Of a stretch of DNA of 32,362 bases, positions 1 to 11,044 are shown in pieces. The number at the start of each line of letters is the position of its first letter. The stretch's first letter is position 1. Both the position numbers and the translations under genes were made by a program. Origin of the DNA: Octopus bimaculoides. Taxonomy: Eukaryota. The notes below the pieces were generated by a model. The model was not told the origin of the DNA. It ran no database searches and saw nothing but the letters and a program-made list of their open reading frames with translations. The stretch spans positions 172,144,603 to 172,176,964 of the forward strand of contig NC_068982.1 in NCBI RefSeq assembly GCF_001194135.2, in the 5' to 3' direction.

Positions 1-1394
1 TGGTTTTTCTTGTCTGAAGTAGAAAATTTTTTTAAATCTACAGATCTGAAACATTCAAATCCGGATCAGAAGAAACAATATATGAAAGAAATTTCAAACC
101 GATATTGAAAATCGAATCGATATGAAAACCTCTTTAAATTTGAAAAAAGCTTTCGCAAATATTCAGTCAGCCTCAGTTTTGAATTTTTTTTGAAGAAATT
201 TGATTAACGGTTCCCATTTCGAAGTTTATATGGAAATAGATATTTCGTAAAACGGATAAGCTATGTGAAAGAAAAAAAATTATCAAAGGCAAATCTTCCC
301 CTGTCTGAATTATACTCTTCAGATGACAGAGTTAGGAAAGGATTTCTAGGCAGACAGTTTTCCTAAAAATTGATATTTATTCATATTCAAATGCCACTAC
401 AAATATATGGAATCGTCATCCATGTTCCAACGATCCAATAGCTTGCAGAACAAACCTATATAGTCCTTTTTTTTATTCTTTTTTTTTGTTTGTTTATTTA
501 TTTATCCATTTATTTGCTACTATATCGTTTTTTAAATTCCTGTTTATTGTCTTTTAGGCACAAGATATTTTAGTAAAAGACTGGTCGCTGAAATATATTC
601 ATCTCTCTACAAGCCGATTCTTCTGTGTTATGAGTGTCTATTAGTCATATATTTTACTTAGCAACTCCACTTTTCAGTCTTACGGCTTTCCCTTTTCTTG
701 CCCCCCCCCCTCTTTTTTTGCCAACAAAGGACATTACTCAATTTGCTTAGTAAAAACCACGTGTTTCTTTGTTAACCCCCCACCTTTTTTTTTTTTTCTA
801 CAATCTATTGCGCTTTTATAAACTTGCGAATGGGATGTGGGTTCGACTCCCAAGCGGATATGAAAGCCNNNNNNNNNNNNNNNNNNNNNNNNNNNNNNNN
901 NNNNNNNNNNNNNNNNNNNNNNNNNNNNNNNNNNNNNNNNNNNNNNNNNNNNNNNNNNNNNNNNNNNNNNNNNNNNNNNNNNNNNNNNNNNNNNNNNNNN
1001 NNNNNNNNNNNNNNNNNNNNNNNNNNNNNNNNNNNNNNNNNNNNNNNNNNNNNNNNNNNNNNNNNNNNNNNNNNNNNNNNNNNNNNNNNNNNNNNNNNNN
1101 NNNNNNNNNNNNNNNNNNNNNNNNNNNNNNNNNTATATATATATAAAACATCTACTATCTTCTGGTTTTTCTCTCTCTCAGTGACTAAATGTGTCGCTTG
1201 TATGAACGAACATTTTACTGATTGTGTTATACTAGTTCCTGATATGTATTTGAATAATTACCTAAAACATTATATTTGCACTGTAAATCCCACTCAATGT
1301 ACATTCTCTACCTTTGTAAGATGTGTATTAGTTCTAAAGGATAAAAATATAGAGTGACTGCACCTCTGTGTTTTTGGCCGATTTATATACTGCT

Positions 1395-1784
1395 GTAGAG
1401 GCGCAATGGCCCAGTGGTTAGTGCAGCGGCCTCGCGGTCATAGGATCGCGGTTTCGATTCCCAGACCGGGCGTTGTGAGTGTTTATTGAGCGAAAACACC
1501 TAAAAGCTCCACGAGGCTCCGGCAGGGGATGGCGGTGAACCCTGCTGTACTCTTTCACCACAACTTTCTCTCACTCTTATTTCCTGTTTCTGTTGTGCCT
1601 GTAATTCACAACAAGGGTCAGCCTTGTCACACTTTGTGTCACGCTGAATATCCCCGAGAACTACCTTAAGGGTACACGTGTCTGTGGAGTGCTCAGCCAC
1701 TTGCACGTTAATTTCATGAGCAGGCTGTTCCGTTGATCGGATCAACTGGAACTCTCAACGTCGTAAGCGACGGAGCGCCAACAA
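1395..1784 (+). mobile_element. tRNA-derived SINE, family A, full-length copy
   Basis: A-box-like TGGCCCAGTGGTTAG and B-box-like GGTTTCGATTCCC in the head, short (CAA) tail, 10-bp TSD ATATACTGCT at 1385-1394 and 1785-1794. A second copy lies at 3089-3478. Confidence 0.92.
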
Positions 1785-2319
1785 ATATACTGCTACTTCC
1801 AATTTCACCAACTTGTATATTTTTTCTGTTTCTTATTCGTTAACCATGATTTTTTTTTTTTTTTTTTTTATCAGATATATATTTAGTCCGTATCCTTTCA
1901 GTATTATAGAACACTTTTTGTTTTTCGCCAACGAAAATTCATGGCCCTCATTTAGTCGTATGTTAACGATACATAAATTTTTTTTTTACAGAAATTTAAT
2001 TTTTTTTTTTCGTATGTGTATTTCGTGTGCAAGATTCTTGATGTGGATACGTGTGTTGAAAGAAATACTATTAAACCTCTCCCAAGGTTTAATTTTAATT
2101 TTAATTATTTTTATTGTTCACTGGTTGACCATATTTAATCTACATATATTTCAACGTAAATATCTATCACAAATTTTATCAATTAATTTAATCATATTTA
2201 ATTTTTTTTATTCATTAATTATGTTGATTTCTAACATAATAAACGGCTACAAGTTTGAGGCGATAAATTGTTTGATACATTATTTTTAAAAAATAAATAA
2301 ACAAAAAACCGTAGAAGTT

Positions 2320-2432
2320 GACACGATCGTTATTTGAACTCTAAGGGCAACTATGTGTAACTAAAGACCGAGAGGAACTTCAACCGTCAATCTAATGGCT
2401 CTGCCATCAACATCGCCGCCCTCTTGTTTCTG
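2320..2432 (-). mobile_element. Highly decayed SINE family B head
   Basis: TTTGAACTC ... CTGCCATCAACATCGCCGCCCT resembles the reverse complement of the family B head seen at 10128-10345. Confidence 0.3.
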
Positions 2433-3088
2433 GTAATATTATTTGTTGTTGTTTTTTCTTTGTTTTTGCTATTTCTTTTTTTATGTTCCTTAATTGAAAG
2501 ACATTCTATTAAATACTGCTTCGTTTGTATGCAATGTGGCAATAACCTCTGAACAAAATCACTGTCTGAACAAAAATTAGACGCAGATGTATCTAATTAA
2601 GAGTGCTTATTATCATAAAGCACTAGATTCAATCAAAATTAATATATTAAATAAATCTATTATTTGTGTGTGCGTAAGTGTATGTGTGGACTTGTGGATG
2701 TAAATTCATATCTGCTTGTGTACATGAATGTGTGTGTGTGTGTGTGTGTACGTAGGAAGTAAACCAGAATCTAAAGTGTTGAGTGGTGATCTGCCTTCGC
2801 AAAAGTTGTATTTATTGATAAAGTGTAAGGTTTATTCAGTTCGCATGCTATTTGAGAGAAGATATTCGACAACTTACGACAAACTCCTTCTTCAGAAATT
2901 GAAAATGCCTTTTCTTTTACATTAGTCTATGGAACTGTGCGTATGAAATAGATGCACTCGGTTTCGCGACAAGTTTACAGACTAAGGTTGTGGCTGTGAT
3001 TAGTTATTACCTTAAATTCCTTCTATTGTGTAATTCCATAGTTTTCTGAGATCCGAAAAGCGCTATAACGTAATATAAACAGCACATC

Positions 3089-3478
3089 GTTGTTGTTGTT
3101 GGCACTCCGTCGCTTACGACGTCGAGGGTTCCTGTTGATCTGATCAACGGAACAGCTTGCTCGTGAAATTAACGTGCAAATGGCTGAGCACTCCGCAGAC
3201 ACGTGTACCCTTAACGTAGTTCTCGGGGATATTCAGCGTGACACAGTGTGACAAGGCCGACCCTTTGAATTACAGGCACAACAGGAACAGGAAATAAGAA
3301 TGAGAGAAAGTTGTTTTGAAAGAGTACAGCAGGGTTCGCCACCATCCCCTGCCGGAGCCTCGTGAAGCTTTAGGTGCTTTCGCTCAATAAACACTCACAA
3401 CGCCCGGTCTGGGAATCGAACCCGCAATCCTATGACCGCGAGTTCGCTGCCCTAACCACTGGGCCATTGCGCCTCCAC
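3089..3478 (-). mobile_element. tRNA-derived SINE, family A, full-length copy
   Basis: Reverse complement aligns end to end with 1395-1784 (roughly 90% by eye), (CAA)n tail, 13-bp TSD TAAACAGCACATC at 3076-3088 and 3479-3491. Confidence 0.92.
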
Positions 3479-4149
3479 TAAACAGCACATCAATAATGAG
3501 AGAAATAGACAGGGCACCAACTCTTTCTTTATTTCATTTTATACACATGTTTCTGTGGACCTTGAATATGTGAGTATTGTATATTGTGAGAACATTAATT
3601 AACTACCGAACATAGAAACGTGCGTAACAGATGAAATAAAATGATGTCAAGTTTATTCCCATGTTATTTCTCTCATTTTATACGTACACACACATACAGA
3701 CGGAAACATACACACTCACTCACACGGTCATACGCACGTACACACAAACACATACGCACACACATATTCTTCACATGCCACTCCACGTCCGTCCACTATA
3801 AAATCACACTACTGACACTAACCTCATATACACCTCACGCACAAATACACACGTACACTTATATTACCATTCCTTGCAGTACTCCCTGATATACAAACAC
3901 GCTTCTCACAAGCCGCACCTGCGCATACACACATGAAAAACATATACACACTTATACACATCATGCACAACTTTTTCCCCCCCACACAGTCCCTCTCTTT
4001 CTCTCTCTACCTCTCTCTCTCACACACGCACACGCACATTCCCTCTCTTTCTCTCTCTCTCGCACACACACACAACGGCCCCACAACGGCCCCACTGGCT
4101 TCAAAAACCACAGCCTATATCTCTTTCCAAACTCCGATCATTTATTTTT

Positions 4150-4368
4150 CGGGCATGTAAACGATACACGCGCTTTTCTTGCACTATCCGCTCCTTGGTC
4201 CTTTTTCTCGTTTCCGGATTTTTCTTCTTTCCGACGAAGAGCCATACTCGAAACGTCGTTCCTATTTTTCCGTCTAAAACCTTCACTTAGCGTCATTCTA
4301 ACATACTCACTGTGTACATCTAATTGATTTTTATTCTTTGTTCCTCCTTTTTTCATTTTTCACTTGCT

Positions 4369-4370
<2 letters not shown>
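4150..4370 (+). mobile_element. Probable decayed Penelope-like terminal repeat with hammerhead remnant
   Basis: Contains CCGACGA-A-GAG(CCATA)CTC-GAAACGTC at 4231-4257, the same architecture as the hammerhead at 18521-18566, and ends at a (TA)n tract. Boundaries are approximate. Confidence 0.4.
4231..4257 (+). ncRNA. Degenerate minimal hammerhead ribozyme motif (U4>C, stem I lost)
   Basis: Core CCGACGA instead of CUGANGA, stem II GAG/CTC, GAAA, palindromic ACGU stem III, GUC cleavage triplet. Flanks do not pair to form stem I. Confidence 0.5.
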
Positions 4371-4399
<29 letters not shown>

Positions 4400-4421
4400 G
4401 GGGGGGGGNNNNNNNNNNNNN

Positions 4422-4462
<41 letters not shown>

Positions 4463-4731
4463 AGAGAAAGTTACTTGCTCCTGCTCAAGTTGAGCAAGTA
4501 GAGGTTGCTGAATTTAAGGAAAATGTGATGAAGCGGCAGCCACAACTAGGTAGGAAACGCAATCATTCGGTTGTTAGGCTGGCATGTTCTCTCTAGGGGT
4601 TATAATCGCGAAAATGTTTTAGTGTAAGACTAAAATATACTCTCATAAATGTTCAATTCATACACTCTATCATATTACATAATTTTTTGCACTTAGACAC
4701 GAAACACACACGTGTGTGTGTGCATATGTAC

Positions 4732-4770
<39 letters not shown>

Positions 4771-5084
4771 GGGGGGGTGTATACATGCATACATACATGC
4801 AAACACACACGTGCGTATGTATACATCTATGTGTGTATATAAAAGAGCGAGGAAGTTAACTCAATACATATTCATATATATAGATATGCGAATACACACA
4901 CACACGCACATGCACACACAGAGAATACATCATAGGCGCCTATACATACACACGTACACAATCACATACATACTAGCCATACGCATGGGTTCACATTCAT
5001 ATATGACAGATCTGTTCATTTACTAACAACCTCTAACGTTAATATATGTCTGGAAAAATTTAGGGAGAGAGAGAGAGGGTGAGA

Positions 5085-5139
<55 letters not shown>

Positions 5140-5537
5140 NNNNNNNNNNNNNNNNNNNNNNNNNNNNNNNNNNNNNNNNNNNNNNNNNNNNNNNNNNNNN
5201 NNNNNNNNNNNNNNNNNNNNNNNNNNNNNNNNNNNNNNNNNNNNNNNNNNNNNNNNNNNNNNNNNNNNNNNNNNNNNNNNNCTCACAATGAGTAATGGGA
5301 TTCTTCATTAATAAACAAACACACAAATAAATAAATAAATAAATAAATAAATAAATTAGTAAATAAATTATAAGTAAATAAATAAATAAAAGCTTTCTCG
5401 CTGACTAAAAGCAGCGGCAGTTTTGCAGAGTGCTTCTTCCATCTACATCATTAATATGGTGAAAAATAACAATAGCTTAAATCTCCATTTTGATTACGAA
5501 AAATGAATGTCAGCCATCTTTGTTCCTGCATCCTTTT

Positions 5538-6160
5538 GTTTTTCTTTGCTTTGATATTATTATTATTATTATTATTGTTGTTGTTGTTGTTGTTGTTGTT
5601 GTATTTCCTTTTGTGATGATTATATTTTGTTTTGTTATGTTATTGTTTATTAATGTTTGTTGTTGTTGTTGTTTTTATATTTAAATATTTTATCGTTGTT
5701 ATTCATCAAAAGAATTTGCAAATGCATCTAGTATTGTTTTATCAATTTAAAACTGATATGAGAAATAACAGCAGCAGCAGAAACAGCTGCAGCAGCAGCA
5801 GCAGCAGCAGCAGCTGTTGCTGCAATAAAAACAAGCATGATAATAGCTACAACCATAATTACAATTAAAAAAAAACACTATATCAACAACAGCAACAACA
5901 ATAACAATGGCAATTTGAAACAAAGATAAGAACAATGCCATATATGAGCAGTAAAAATCAACAATTATAAAGTACTGCAATGAATACAACAGCAAAATCT
6001 GCAAAAAAAAATTAGTGCAACAGCAGCAAAAATAAATATAGGAAGAAACAGCAAGAGACACAGGAATTCGAATGGTTGTACGATGAATAATGAAGATTAT
6101 AATAATGATAATAATAATAACAATAATAATAACAACATCGACAATAATAATAATAATGAT
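5538..6160. repeat. Compound trinucleotide microsatellite mosaic (ATT/GTT/CAG/AAC/AAT)
   Basis: Directly visible degenerate triplet runs. Confidence 0.85.
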
Positions 6161-6373
6161 AATCCTTTATATTGTCGGTACAAGGCCATACATTTTGTGG
6201 GTCGGAGGTTAGTCGATTACATCGATTTCAATACTCAGCTGGTTCTTATTTTATCGACTCCGAAAGGATGAAAGGTAAAGTCGACTTCGGCAGAAGTTGA
6301 TCTCAGAATATTGAAACGGACGAAATACCGCAGTTTGTCCAGCGTACTGATAATTCTGCCAGCTCGCCACCTT
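6161..6373 (-). mobile_element. tRNA-derived SINE, family B (tail type 1)
   Basis: Homologous to 10128-10345 and 22659-22889. Decayed B box and central TTTCATCCTTTCGGAGTCGATAAA on the minus strand, flanked by (AAT)n. Confidence 0.8.
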
Positions 6374-6382
6374 TTTGATAAT

Positions 6383-6434
6383 ATTAACAACAATAATAAT
6401 AATAATGATAATGATGACAGTCATAATAATAATG

Positions 6435-6485
<51 letters not shown>

Positions 6486-6500
6486 GTAATAATAATAATA
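6383..6500. repeat. (AAT)n microsatellite
   Basis: Long AAT run directly abutting the retrotransposon fragment at 6501. Confidence 0.95.
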
Positions 6501-7016
6501 CTGCATTGACAGGATGGATGACAGGAAAATTCGTAAGCTGCTGACTTGCAATAAGGTGCACCACCCAAATGCAGACGCAGGTCGTTTTTACCTACCCAGA
6601 GCTCAAGGAGGTCGAGGCTTGATCCAGTTCGAAATCTCCTACAAAACCACCACAGTTGGACTGACAAAGTATCTTGAATCATCTAACGACTGGATGCTAA
6701 AGCTCGTTGAAAACCATAAAGGCGTAAGAAGCTTCATTCTATTATGAAGAAGAGCAAAATATTTTCTAGAGAGCTTATGCATAATACCCAGGTTGAACAG
6801 CATGAGGGAAGTGCAGCAACTGTAGTTGCAAAGAATGTGAAATCAATAGCAAAACAAAATGCACTTGAACAATTGGCTGATAGGTGGGAACAAAAACCCC
6901 TGAATGGCAAATATGTGGCCCGTCGAAAATAAGCTGATGTAGACTAGAAGCACATCTATCAGTGGCTACGGAGCTCAGGGCTAAAGGTAGAGAATGAAGG
7001 CTTTATCTTAGCTGCC
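6501..7016 (+). mobile_element. R4/Dong-like non-LTR retrotransposon fragment (RT C-terminus/linker), frameshifted and with stops
   Basis: MDDRKIRKLLTCNKVHHPNADAGRFYLPRAQGGRGL, then after a frameshift near 6725 ...WEQKPLNGKY... and WLRSSGLKVENEGFILAA. These are typical post-RT motifs (LYLPRxxGGRGL, LHGxY, ExEGFIxAA) of RLE-type elements. Confidence 0.85.
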
Positions 7017-7161
7017 GTAAATGAACAATCAGGTTTGTTTGTTTTAATAGCCTACCAATGTACACAGTACATTTCTCTGCCCTATGTGTCAGGGAGACAC
7101 ACGGCAAGAAATGGAAACAGAATTGAAAGAAGATGCTAATAATAATAATAATAATAAAAAT

Positions 7162-7583
7162 AATAGACCAGATATAGTTGTCAAAGATCATGAAGAAAAA
7201 AAATGCTTTCTAATTGATGTATCAATACCAGCAGATGACAACGTTTCTCTAAAAGAAATGGAAAAACTTTCAAAATACAAAGACCTGGAAATAGAGGTAA
7301 CTCGAATGTGGAATCTAAAAACAGAAACAATTCCTATCATAGTAGGTGCCTTAGGTATAATAAAAAAAATATTCAGACAAATACATAACAAAAACACCAG
7401 GACTTACAAATATATATAACATACAGAAAATTGCACTACTGGGCACTGCACACATCCTACGCAAAACACTTTCAATACAGTAACCATAAGAGCACCACAG
7501 CAAACCACAGCACATGCCCAAGGCGCACAGAGCTGCGCTCGGTAGTGAAGTGAAAGCACGTTATAAAAATAAAACTACTGAAC
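7162..7583 (+). mobile_element. 5'-truncated R4/Dong-like element: restriction-like endonuclease C-terminus plus 3' UTR
   Basis: NRPDIVVKD...LIDVSIP...EKLSKYKDL (PD-(D/E)xK type). A +1 A in the run at 7362-7369 shifts the frame relative to the copy at 10424. Stop at 7481-7483, 100-bp 3' UTR, AAT repeats on both sides. Confidence 0.9.
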
Positions 7584-7602
7584 AATGATAATAATAATAA
7601 TA

Positions 7603-8149
7603 AATGCCCGGATGCAGTACCAGGCAGTGGATCTCACGGCTTCTGATCTTAACTGATTGGAAGTGTTATCATGTACATTGTTTTGTCTTGGTTATAAAAA
7701 ATGGGTTATAGCAAATATTCTGCTCAATATAACAGATTTGCATGTCACTTGTTTGACCTTAACCAGTTGAGCATGTCCCTTAGTGGCTAATGATATGTGC
7801 ATCCCTGATCACGAGCAGAAGTGGTGAGGGAGGGTGCATCAGAGCCATTTGTTTAAAGGAATTATTTGGGGTTTGGATAATTCACATTTGGTTCAACATC
7901 TTTAAACAACCTTTATTCAGGGACCTTTTGAGCGGGATGGGCTACTCGACCTGAATAAAATTCTAACTGAGCCCCACCTGCAAGGTCATGCGCTGCTTAA
8001 CCTGATATGAGATCACCATGTCGCGCACATATGGTTGTGATGCATGTGCCTGCTGTACTCTTATCAGATGGGTAGTCGTGATGGGTATAGTGAGCTTCGT
8101 ATATTTTACGCCAGTGTCACTGATGCCATGCGTTGCTCTCTCACTCAAC
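7603..8149. mobile_element. Candidate ~550-bp non-autonomous interspersed repeat between microsatellites
   Basis: Complex non-coding block with sharp boundaries at (AAT)n and (AGT)n. It looks like a repeat I recall from octopus sequence, but only one copy is in this window. Confidence 0.45.
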
Positions 8150-8197
<48 letters not shown>

Positions 8198-8569
8198 TGC
8201 AGAAGCAGCAACGGCAGGTGCGTTGGTTGTTACGATAAATGCAGCAGAAACTGCAGGACCAGGAGGAACAGCAGCAACAGGATCAGAGATGTAGCAATGA
8301 TGACAGAAGTATAGCACCAACTTACATATCAGTGACAGAAAGAACAAGAATTAACAATGATAATAAGAACAGCAACAACAACAACAACAACAACAACAAG
8401 GGCGTATGTATAACAGTAACTAAAACAATTAGTGACAGGAAGAACAACTGTAATAATAACAACAGCAACAACAACAAGAAACAAGCAAACAACTAAAACG
8501 AGAGCAGCGCAAAAATATAAAATTCAACAAAATTGGAGAATAAAAGGCGACAACCCTAACGACGATGAC

Positions 8570-8601
<32 letters not shown>

Positions 8602-8650
8602 CAATAGCAGCTGTAATAATTATATGCAGCCACAACAACAATAAGAAAAC
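8150..8650. repeat. Compound microsatellite mosaic (AGT, CAG, AAC, GAT)
   Basis: Directly visible. Confidence 0.85.
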
Positions 8651-8788
8651 AGTAACTGGTGTGATGATGAGAACGATAATGAGCCAACAAATCTCTTCGT
8701 TGTTTCTAAGAATGTTGGAAATATTAGCTACATGTTCTTCGCATCACACGATAGCTGTTAAAAGGATAAACACATTGGATCCCATATT

Positions 8789-9022
8789 AATCCCTTTATT
8801 GCCCCGCAGGGGGCTAAACATAGAGGGAACAAACAAGGACAGACAAAGGGATTAAGTCAATTACATCGACCCCAGTGTGTAACTGATACATATTTAATCG
8901 ACCCCGGAAGGATGAAAGGCAGAGTCAACCTCGACGGAATTTGAACTCAGAACGTAAAGACAGACGAAATACCGTTAAGTATTTCGCCCGGCGTGCTAAC
9001 GTTTCTGCCAGCTCACCGTCTT
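8789..9022 (-). mobile_element. tRNA-derived SINE, family B (tail type 2)
   Basis: Reverse complement matches 22659-22889. 15-bp TSD ATTGGATCCC(A/T)TATT at 8774-8788 and 9023-9037 with one mismatch. Confidence 0.9.
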
Positions 9023-9482
9023 ATTGGATCCCTTATTCCTAGATAAATTCGCGTGCGCGTGTTTGTGCGTGTGTCCGTGCGTCCGTGCGTGTGTGTGTGT
9101 ATGTACCTCTGTGTGTGCGTATGCGCCTCTGTGTGTGCGTGTGTATTTTAATGGCTTACACAGAGAAAAATGGGAAACGCCCACGGTCCTTGTTAGTGAA
9201 AAGAAGGAATCTATTCTCAGTTCTCAGACTACATCTCAATGCTTAGAACAGTGTGAACTCCATGGAACCTGAGCAAGATGCTACATGTCTTTGTTAAACT
9301 GAACCTAGGACTCAATCATAATCTAGAAACAGGAACTGCACCATCAACCGAGCTTCCACAAGCTTCACTCAATTAAACTCTACTCCCAACATATTTTGTC
9401 GACCGGTGATTATGGCGGAGGTCCCTTGAACAAGGTGTGGCACAGTGTGATTGAATTCACAGTTAATAAACCACCTTCTTAA

Positions 9483-9683
9483 CCCCTTTCTACAATAGAC
9501 ACAAGGCCTGGATTATGTGGGGATGGGAAGAGTCTATTACATCAACCCCAGCACTTGACTGGTGCTTGATTTATCGACCCCGAAAGGATGAAATGTAAAG
9601 TCAACCTCGGCGGTATTTGAACTCAGAAATACAGCTAAGCATTTCGCCCGGTGTGCTTAACGATTCTAACAGCTTACCGCCTT
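9483..9683 (-). mobile_element. tRNA-derived SINE, family B (tail type 1)
   Basis: Family B head and core, 11-bp TSD CACCTTCTTAA at 9472-9482 and 9684-9694. Confidence 0.88.
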
Positions 9684-9869
9684 CACCTTCTTAATTCCAG
9701 TCATGCGTGCTGCCAAAAACACATTTGGACATATTAGATAATATAGAGCTAAATAGAAACCGGAAATCACGAGTTCACAAAAGCGTACACGTGATGGTTA
9801 CGGCTAGAATGTTTCTCATCATAGGTCTACTAAATTTGTGGTTCAATAACTGCATCAAAACACACACAC

Positions 9870-9912
<43 letters not shown>

Positions 9913-10127
9913 GAGAGCTAGCGAAGGAGCCTTTATGTGGTCGACCACCCTTCCAAATATCGTAGCCAAATATCCCTCTGCCATCCAAAGACTAAAACGA
10001 ATGGGATATTTGGTGATATAAATGCACTCATTATGTAAGTAACACAGGATGGTCTCGGATAGAATGCCTTTGATCGTATTATCTACGCAATCACGCGTAA
10101 TGAAGAGCTAAACAACAATAATAATAA

Positions 10128-10345
10128 TCCCTTCTACTAAAGGCACAAGGCCGAAAATTTGAGGGGAGAGAATAAATGGATTACATCGACCCCAGTGTTT
10201 CACTGGTACTGTAATTTATCGACCCCGAAAGTATGAAAGGCAAAGTCCCCCCTCGGCGGGATTTTCAACTCAAACCGTAAAGATGGTCGAAATACTGTTG
10301 AGCATTTTGCCCGACGTGCCAACGATTCTGCCAGCTCGCCGCCTT
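10128..10345 (-). mobile_element. tRNA-derived SINE, family B (tail type 1)
   Basis: Head AAGGCGGCGAGCTGGCAGAATCGTTGGC and core TTTGCCTTTCATACTTTCGGGGTCGATAAATT on the minus strand, (AAT)n on both sides. Confidence 0.88.
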
Positions 10346-10358
10346 AATAATAATAGTG

Positions 10359-10423
<65 letters not shown>

Positions 10424-10424
<1 letters not shown>

Positions 10425-10974
10425 GTATGCCAACACTATGGGATAACAACAGAAAAAAGATGGTATAAACACACGCCAGAAAAGGTCACAGAAAACGAGA
10501 AAGCAACCATACTCTGGGATATGCCAATACACACAGATAGAGAAATTAAGGCAAATAGACCAGATATAGTTGTCAAAGATAATGAAGGAAAAGAATGCTT
10601 TCTAATTGATGTATCAATACCAGGAGATGAAAACGTTTCTCTAAAAGAAATGGAAAAACTTTCAAAATACAAAGACCTGGAAATAGAGATAACTCGAATG
10701 TGGAATCTAAAAACAGAAACACTTCCTATCATAGTAGGTGCCTTAGGTATAATAAAAAAATATTCAGACAAGCACATAACAAAAACACCAGGACTTACAA
10801 ATATATATAACATACAGAAAATTGCACTACTGGGCACTGCACACATCCTACGCAAAACACTTTCAATACAGTAACCATAAGACCATCACTGCAAACCACA
10901 GCATATATCCAAGGCGCACAGAGCTGCGCTCGGTAGTGAAGTGAAAGCACGTTATAAAAATAAAACTACTGAAC
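10424..10974 (+). mobile_element. 5'-truncated R4/Dong-like element with uninterrupted RLE-domain reading frame and 3' UTR
   Basis: Open frame to the stop at 10872-10874: CQHYG...WYKHTPEKVTENEKATILWDMPIHTDREIKANRPDIVV...IDVSIP...EKLSKYKDL...IVGALG...QKIALLGTAHILRKTL. 3' UTR nearly identical to 7484-7583. Embedded in (AAT)n at 10346-10423 and 10975-11040. Confidence 0.93.

Positions 10975-11044
<70 letters not shown>

Noticed and set aside
1-330. Possible DNA-transposon end at the window start
   Set aside because: No TIR partner, TSD or coding motif could be identified.
824-868. B-box-like GGTTCGACTCCC before the first gap
   Set aside because: No A box or body is visible and the sequence is cut by the gap, so it cannot be classified.
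1395-1470. SINE heads as genuine tRNA genes (also 3400-3478, 24500-24585, 30798-30870, 32001-32075)
   Set aside because: No clean cloverleaf. They continue into repeat bodies, and the family A copies have tails and TSDs.
4472-4500. Small hairpin TACTTGCTC...GAGCAAGTA
   Set aside because: A 9-bp stem can arise by chance in 32 kb, and there is no supporting context.
7930-7990. HDV-like ribozyme in the orphan block
   Set aside because: I could not build a consistent P1/P2/P3 pseudoknot on either strand by hand.
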